Shown in pieces: positions 58,920-64,000 of a stretch of DNA of 64,000 nt. A program made the translations under genes and the position numbers. The number at the start of each line of letters is the position of its first letter. Positions within the stretch are counted from its first letter, which is position 1. A model generated the notes under the pieces. That model saw nothing but the letters and a program-made list of their open reading frames with translations. It did no database searches and was not told where the DNA came from. Source of the DNA: an uncultured Thermoplasmata archaeon (lineage in GTDB: Archaea; Thermoplasmatota; Thermoplasmata; UBA10834); the NCBI GenBank assembly GCA_963719945.1, contig CAVRDX010000001.1, positions 480,001-544,000 on the forward strand. The letters are read 5' to 3'.

Positions 58920-59899
58920 ACTTGTTCACAATACAACTCACACCTTATCCGTGGTATGATTGCCATCAAGACCGCGATTTCGGTTAGCGACGTCCGATCT
59001 ATGAGCCCATCCGACAGATATCCTACGGATCCGGATTTGTGACCAATCCTGTCTATCCCAGTTAGTTCGCTCATCACATCGCCTACTGCCCTTCCTTCTG
59101 AAACTGCCTTCAGCACCGATGGAGGATACTCGAATCCTGGCCCATGACCGATTGTCGTACGACGAGCGGAATCAATCACAACACAATACTGGACGTCCAA
59201 TCGGCGTTTCATGTAGCGATCTATGTGCAGACCCGCTTCAATCCCTACCCCGAAGTCCGCTCCTTCAACCAAGACCGCTTTCTCCGCTCGCTTCATCGCA
59301 CCCTGGAGCACCTGTTCATCCATCGGTTGCCGAATAAGGTCGTCTCCTGGATCTATGGACGATACATCCACAAGCCCGAACGCCTGGGTGAATATGTTTC
59401 TGACCGCATCAATCTTCACCTTATTTGTCGAGCCCACGACAACCCTAAGCGGGCGAAGCAGGTGTCCGTCTTTATCGATCTCGCCTTTCATGATACGGGT
59501 GGAACTGATTGGAACGGAATCCTCTGCCTTGACCGATCGTATACAGAAGACCTTGAGCGCATTGAGACCGTGTGCCTTCCTTGCAGAATTTATGGATTCG
59601 GCGTTATGTTTGGTCTCAGGTGAGACGACTATGCCATCCAACCGCTCCGAAGTAGCGGCCGTCCCGAATTCGTCGGTGATCATTATTATCTCGAATGGCT
59701 TTCCAAAGCGTTCAAGGAATCTGATCAGGTTGGCCTTGCGCTGGAAGTACGGGGCTACCAGCGTCTTTCGCGTTGACCTGGCGAATTCGTCTGAGGTAAG
59801 ACCTATCTCGACCTCGTCCGCGACCGAGAATGCGGTCTCGAACAGAAGTTCATGACCACCATGGATCAAGTTGAACGTCCCACCAACACCTACGCGCAG
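58916..59899 (-). CDS. coaD: phosphopantetheine adenylyltransferase fused to an inosine/xanthosine triphosphatase (DUF84/YjjX)
   Basis: VGVGGTFNLIHGGH, GLTSD, VSPET, ISSTRI; then VGSTN.VKI.AV, GVGIEAG, G.GPGF; N-terminal motif needs a CTG start at 59899. Confidence 0.9.
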   Translation of the reverse strand: MRVGVGGTFNLIHGGHELLFETAFSVADEVEIGLTSDEFARSTRKTLVAPYFQRKANLIRFLERFGKPFEIIMITDEFGTAATSERLDGIVVSPETKHNAESINSARKAHGLNALKVFCIRSVKAEDSVPISSTRIMKGEIDKDGHLLRPLRVVVGSTNKVKIDAVRNIFTQAFGLVDVSSIDPGDDLIRQPMDEQVLQGAMKRAEKAVLVEGADFGVGIEAGLHIDRYMKRRLDVQYCVVIDSARRTTIGHGPGFEYPPSVLKAVSEGRAVGDVMSELTGIDRIGHKSGSVGYLSDGLIDRTSLTEIAVLMAIIPRIRCELYCEQV

Positions 59900-59903
59900 G
59901 CCA

Positions 59904-60101
59904 TCACCCCAAGAACATCAGCGTGACTGCAAATATCATTATGATGACCATCACGACGTAGAAGTACATCAACTGGTTCTTCTTCTTGGACATCTTCGTC
60001 TTCCACTCTGTCTCGCATTTATCATCACAGTACTGATCCTTGTACGGAATCGCCTTCTCGCAGTTTCTGCAATGTCTATGCTGACCAATGCGTTCTACCA
60101 A
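59904..60101 (-). CDS. DUF2116-like Zn-ribbon protein with a C-terminal TM helix
   Basis: HRHCRNCEKAIP....YCDDKC plus hydrophobic tail. Confidence 0.8.
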   Translation of the reverse strand: MVERIGQHRHCRNCEKAIPYKDQYCDDKCETEWKTKMSKKKNQLMYFYVVMVIIMIFAVTLMFLG

Positions 60102-60173
60102 TATCTCACCATCCTTGCTAACATTATGCGAACTTATTATCGTTTTCCCAATGGGTTCGCGCTCTTATGATGA

Positions 60174-61100
60174 TCAGAGTTCGACCCTTACGCCTTCGCA
60201 ACCGACCTTGACCGAGTATGGTCTTCCGCCTGCATCTATGATGGCGTCACATACTTCAGCGGGATGGTCGGTCAGTGCAATCATGCTTCCGCCACCACCG
60301 GCTCCAGTGAGTTTAGCACCATATGAATGACTCGATGCTGCATCGATTAACCTATCAAGGGTCGGATGACCAACACCCAGAGATATGAGCAGGGAATTGT
60401 TCTCTGTCATCAGATGACCTATCTTGACCTTGTCATTTTTGCGCATCGCATCCATGCCATCCAAAACTAGCTCCCCTATGCGATCCACTGCTCTCCTCGC
60501 ATCTAGGCTTGAGTCCACTAGCTTCCGGACCCCCTCCACCAATGGTCCAGTCAAGGCATGCGTTCCCGTGTATCCAATGACAAAGGTGAGGTCAGGGACT
60601 TCGCAATCGTGGATGTTCCACATACGATTGCCGTTCATTATGCACCACAAATGATTATCCATCTTCTCAGGGCTGACAAGGATTCCCCGTCCGTTCGTTG
60701 AGACGGATGTATCTGTTGGGCTAGCATTGCCTTGCACAGACAATTCCACCCGGAATGCTTTTCTTGCGATGGATTCCAACTCGAATGCGTTCTTCTCTGA
60801 CAGGAGGGAGCCAATGGTCGCCACGGTCACCGCTGCAGACGACCCCAGGCCGGATCCAGATGGAATCCATGATCGAGTCCTAATGTCAATAGGAGGACCA
60901 GCCCAAGCTTCATCCAACGCTGCCGATATATAGCCATGATGTCGACTGTTCATCGGTCGGCCGTTCACGAGATAGCTGCTAGCGGGTCTCATGCTGCTCT
61001 TAATTCTGAGATCTATGGCCAAAGCTAGCGCGGGCTTCCCGAATACCACCGCATGCTCGCCGAAGAGTATTATCTTCCCAGGAGCCGAGCACTTGCTCAT
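60174..61100 (-). CDS. mvk: mevalonate kinase
   Basis: SAPGKIILFGEHAVV, P.GSGLGSSAA, GAKLTGAGGGG; divergent from hmgA. Confidence 0.93.
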   Translation of the reverse strand: MSKCSAPGKIILFGEHAVVFGKPALALAIDLRIKSSMRPASSYLVNGRPMNSRHHGYISAALDEAWAGPPIDIRTRSWIPSGSGLGSSAAVTVATIGSLLSEKNAFELESIARKAFRVELSVQGNASPTDTSVSTNGRGILVSPEKMDNHLWCIMNGNRMWNIHDCEVPDLTFVIGYTGTHALTGPLVEGVRKLVDSSLDARRAVDRIGELVLDGMDAMRKNDKVKIGHLMTENNSLLISLGVGHPTLDRLIDAASSHSYGAKLTGAGGGGSMIALTDHPAEVCDAIIDAGGRPYSVKVGCEGVRVEL

Positions 61101-61220
61101 CGAATCCCCCAGACATCACAGCAGATATATCCTTTTCTTAGACAGATGCCGAAGATTGAGATTGCCTGCGCGCAAGGGTTATTACTCGTTAATCACTTGT
61201 CGAAAGCACCAGTGGTCCAC

Positions 61221-62501
61221 ATGACAGGAACTTCAAGGATAGAAGGATTCTACAAGCTGAGCATCCCAGAGAGGCTCAAGATATTGAAAGAATTCGCGAC
61301 ACTGACCGACGAAGAAGTCAATGCTCTAGCGGGGACCAACGGACTCAACGTCGAAGCCGCGGACAAGATGATCGAGAATGCAGTAGGTACCTTCTCGTTG
61401 CCACTTGGGATAGCCACTAATTTCGTCATCAATGGAAAGGATACCCTGATCCCGATGGTCATCGAAGAACCATCGGTGGTGGCCGCCGCGTCGAACTCCG
61501 CGAAGATAGCGAGGGAGAGGGGAGGTTTCACTACTAGCAGCACTCCCCCGATAATGATAGGCCAGATTCAGATCACCAACATCGATGATCCAGATATGGC
61601 CGCCAAGAGCATACTTGACAACAAGATAGCCATAATCGACCTCGCCAACAAGCAGGACCCCATGTTGATAAGTCTGGGGGGCGGCGCCAAGGACATGGAT
61701 GTCAGAGTCATTCAGACGATAAAAGGTCCAAACGTGATCATACATCTGCACGTGGATGTGCGTGATGCCATGGGGGCCAACGCTGTTAACACGATGGCTG
61801 AGGCAGTGGCTCCGCTTGCTGAGAAATTGACCGGAGGGAGAGTCTACCTCAGAATACTATCAAACCTCGCAATATACAGACTGGCGAGAGCAGAGGCTAT
61901 CTGGTCAAAGGAAGCTATCGGCGGAGAGGATGTAGTCGACGGCATCATAGAAGCCTATTCGTTCGCTGATGCGGACCCGTTCAGATGCGCAACCCATAAC
62001 AAAGGAATAATGAACGGCATAGATGCAGTCATGATAGCGACTGGGAATGATTGGAGGGCGATAGAGGCAGGTGTCCACGCATATGCTTCGCTCAAAGGAT
62101 CGTATAAGCCTCTGACAATCTTCGAGAAGACCTTGGACGGTGACCTTCACGGCACTATCGAAATCCCAATGGCGGTAGGATTGATAGGCGGAGCGACAAA
62201 GGTTCACCCTACAGCTCGAGCATGCATCAGATTACTAGCTGTGACCAAAGCCAACGAACTTGCTGAGATCGGAGCAGCGGTGGGACTCGCCCAGAACCTC
62301 GCTGCACTGAGAGCACTCGCAACCATTGGGATCCAGAAGGGACATATGTCTCTTCATGCCAGGAATATAGTGGCCAGTGTCGGTTGTCCTCCGGAGCTGA
62401 TGCTGGAGGCCGTTGACATAATCGTAGGAGAACGCAAGATACGCATGGATAGGGCCAAGGAAGTCGTAGATGAGCTTAAACGAAAAAGGGGCCTCGGTTG
62501 A
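61221..62501 (+). CDS. hmgA: HMG-CoA reductase, class II
   Basis: SRIEGFYKL, MIEN, EEPSVVAA, DAMGAN.VN, LRILSN, ATHNKGIMNG, GIQKGHMSLHA. Confidence 0.95.
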   Translation: MTGTSRIEGFYKLSIPERLKILKEFATLTDEEVNALAGTNGLNVEAADKMIENAVGTFSLPLGIATNFVINGKDTLIPMVIEEPSVVAAASNSAKIARERGGFTTSSTPPIMIGQIQITNIDDPDMAAKSILDNKIAIIDLANKQDPMLISLGGGAKDMDVRVIQTIKGPNVIIHLHVDVRDAMGANAVNTMAEAVAPLAEKLTGGRVYLRILSNLAIYRLARAEAIWSKEAIGGEDVVDGIIEAYSFADADPFRCATHNKGIMNGIDAVMIATGNDWRAIEAGVHAYASLKGSYKPLTIFEKTLDGDLHGTIEIPMAVGLIGGATKVHPTARACIRLLAVTKANELAEIGAAVGLAQNLAALRALATIGIQKGHMSLHARNIVASVGCPPELMLEAVDIIVGERKIRMDRAKEVVDELKRKRGLG

Positions 62502-62566
62502 TTTATTATCTCTGGGGGCCAGGCAAAGCATATATGCCCATATAGGTGATAATCAGGGGAGTGCCC

Positions 62567-63253
62567 ATGCCTACACAAGGCGATCTGATTGGATTGGCGG
62601 GTGTCTATGGCTATGTCTCGGCAATAATCATTATCACATGGGCATCAAGAAGCAGAATGCATAACCCGAGAAAAGTCCTCCACATCCTTACAGGAGGCAT
62701 AGTGTTCTTCTGGTGGACCTTTGAGTCCCGAGAGATCATGGCGTTCCTGGCTGCAGCGCCTTTCGCCATTCTGCTATTATTATGCTCTCCCATGTCCCCC
62801 ATCCGCAGTCTCCGTGAGAGCCCACTCGGAAGCCGTTCGTCAGAAGGCCATCCTTATGGCCTCGTCATGTATGCAATCTCATGGACATTGATTGCATACT
62901 TCCTGTTCGAAGACCTATTCGCAGCATCCATCGCGATAGCTGCCATGTCATTCGGGGACGGAATGGGAGAATTCATCGGCAAGAGATACGGAAAGATACG
63001 ATATTTCAATCACAGAACCCTCGAGGGAAGCGCAGCTGTGTTCATATCGACCTTCATCGCAATAATCATCCTTGAATGGTTCTACTTCGAGATGATTGGA
63101 TACTCTGGTGGTGGGGTACCGGACATGCTCATCCTTTTCGGATTGTCCGCTGCAGGCATCGTCACCTGTCTTGAGGCGATCACACCAGGCCAGATAGACA
63201 ACCTGGTCATACCACTCCTGGTTGGAGGTTACTTACACATGCTGGGGGTTTGA
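62567..63253 (+). CDS. phytol/dolichol-kinase-like CTP-dependent polyprenol kinase
   Basis: RKVLHI, MSFGDG....G..YG, RTLEGS, DNL.IP. Confidence 0.85.
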   Translation: MPTQGDLIGLAGVYGYVSAIIIITWASRSRMHNPRKVLHILTGGIVFFWWTFESREIMAFLAAAPFAILLLLCSPMSPIRSLRESPLGSRSSEGHPYGLVMYAISWTLIAYFLFEDLFAASIAIAAMSFGDGMGEFIGKRYGKIRYFNHRTLEGSAAVFISTFIAIIILEWFYFEMIGYSGGGVPDMLILFGLSAAGIVTCLEAITPGQIDNLVIPLLVGGYLHMLGV

Positions 63254-63831
63254 GACTGAAGAGACTGATAGCAGTAGACGGACTAGATGGAAGCGGTAAG
63301 AATACGCATGCTTCGAGTATCAAGACCCTGATTGAACGTAATGGCGAGGTTGTTGTCATTAGATCCCATCCATCGGCCGGAAGACTGGGAAGGGCGTCCA
63401 AGAATGCCCTGCAAGGGGAAGGGCATGTCGCCAGGTTCCTTGCCACGATATTCTTCACACTAGATGTGCTAGTCTCAGTCAGATGGTACAATAGGAAGGC
63501 TGATAGCACGGTGATATTCGTCAGGTACATCCTAGGAACGGCATATCTGCCTCGAAGACTCGCCCCATACGGCTACCGTCTATTCAGAAACATGCTCCCA
63601 TTCCCTGATCTGGCGCTATTCATAGACATCGATCCTGAGATCGCCATCCGTAGGATAGAGCAGAGAGATCACACACGAGAGATGTTCGAGACAAAGGACA
63701 AGCTCGACAAGGTCAGACATACGGTCGGAAGACTCATCGGAGACGAATGGACTGTTGTGGACAATTCAGAAGATGGAGAACGAGCCTTCAGACAGATAGA
63801 GGAAATCCTAGGGGAAAGAGGATTCATCTGA
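63250..63831 (+). CDS. tmk: thymidylate kinase
   Basis: IAVDGLDGSGK, PD..LFIDIDPE.A..RI..R. Confidence 0.85.
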   Translation: MRLKRLIAVDGLDGSGKNTHASSIKTLIERNGEVVVIRSHPSAGRLGRASKNALQGEGHVARFLATIFFTLDVLVSVRWYNRKADSTVIFVRYILGTAYLPRRLAPYGYRLFRNMLPFPDLALFIDIDPEIAIRRIEQRDHTREMFETKDKLDKVRHTVGRLIGDEWTVVDNSEDGERAFRQIEEILGERGFI

Positions 63832-63850
63832 ATGCAGTCTCCGCCTTGGC

Positions 63851-64000
63851 TCAAATGCCTCTGAATACCTTCTCAGCATCCTTCAGCTTGCACTTCCTGC
63901 AATCCTTGTCACAGGGCTCGATATGGATTATGGCAGTGCTCCCTGGCAAAGCTTTCCTTATCTCTGTTTCCAGATGTTCCACCAAATCGTGACCATCCTT
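63851..64000 (-). CDS. C-terminal fragment of a cation diffusion facilitator (runs off the window)
   Basis: My translation KDGHDLVEHLETEIRKALPGSTAIIHIEPC..* matches the CDF dimerisation-domain end. Confidence 0.75.
   Translation of the reverse strand, partial: KDGHDLVEHLETEIRKALPGSTAIIHIEPCDKDCRKCKLKDAEKVFRGI

Noticed and set aside
58916-59899. PPAT-ITPase fusion as a novelty
   Set aside because: This fusion is already known from Thermoplasmata
1-64000. CRISPR arrays, IS elements, rRNA, defence systems, pyrrolysine/selenocysteine read-through
   Set aside because: No regularly spaced repeats, transposase/integrase motifs, rRNA-like tracts or in-frame-stop-interrupted conserved genes seen by eye

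Overview
Archaeal chromosomal segment, most consistent with Thermoplasmatota (Methanomassiliicoccales-related or another uncultured Thermoplasmata). This is inferred from the gene set: TrmY, FEN1, archaeal MAT, the rpo7-spt4-DUF359-S24e-S27ae operon, a PPAT-ITPase fusion, class II HMG-CoA reductase, and expanded DUF835/KaiC-like proteins. About 60 CDS and 4 tRNAs are supported. I saw no CRISPR array, rRNA or transposase. Highlights: (1) A candidate undescribed lysine/beta-lysine catabolic locus (~28.6-41.1 kb). It holds lysine 2,3-aminomutase, a thiolase/inactive-HMGS/DUF35 trio, a CoA-transferase, a GSAM-like transaminase, a DapF-fold racemase whose distal-carboxylate Asn residues are replaced by Glu, and two deacylases. 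A 16-bp motif is shared between the kamA promoter and a LysM-like Lrp gene. (2) A KaiC/DUF835 network, including IleRS fused to two HhH modules and a DUF835 domain, and a DUF835-headed ~1,600-aa coiled coil. (3) tRNA-Arg(CCG) with a 26-nt BHB intron in the T-loop (59/60). (4) A phosphomevalonate dehydratase small subunit-Nudix fusion. (5) A frameshifted hppA. (6) Several genes that seem to need CTG/ATA starts. All family calls are from motif recognition, not database searches.
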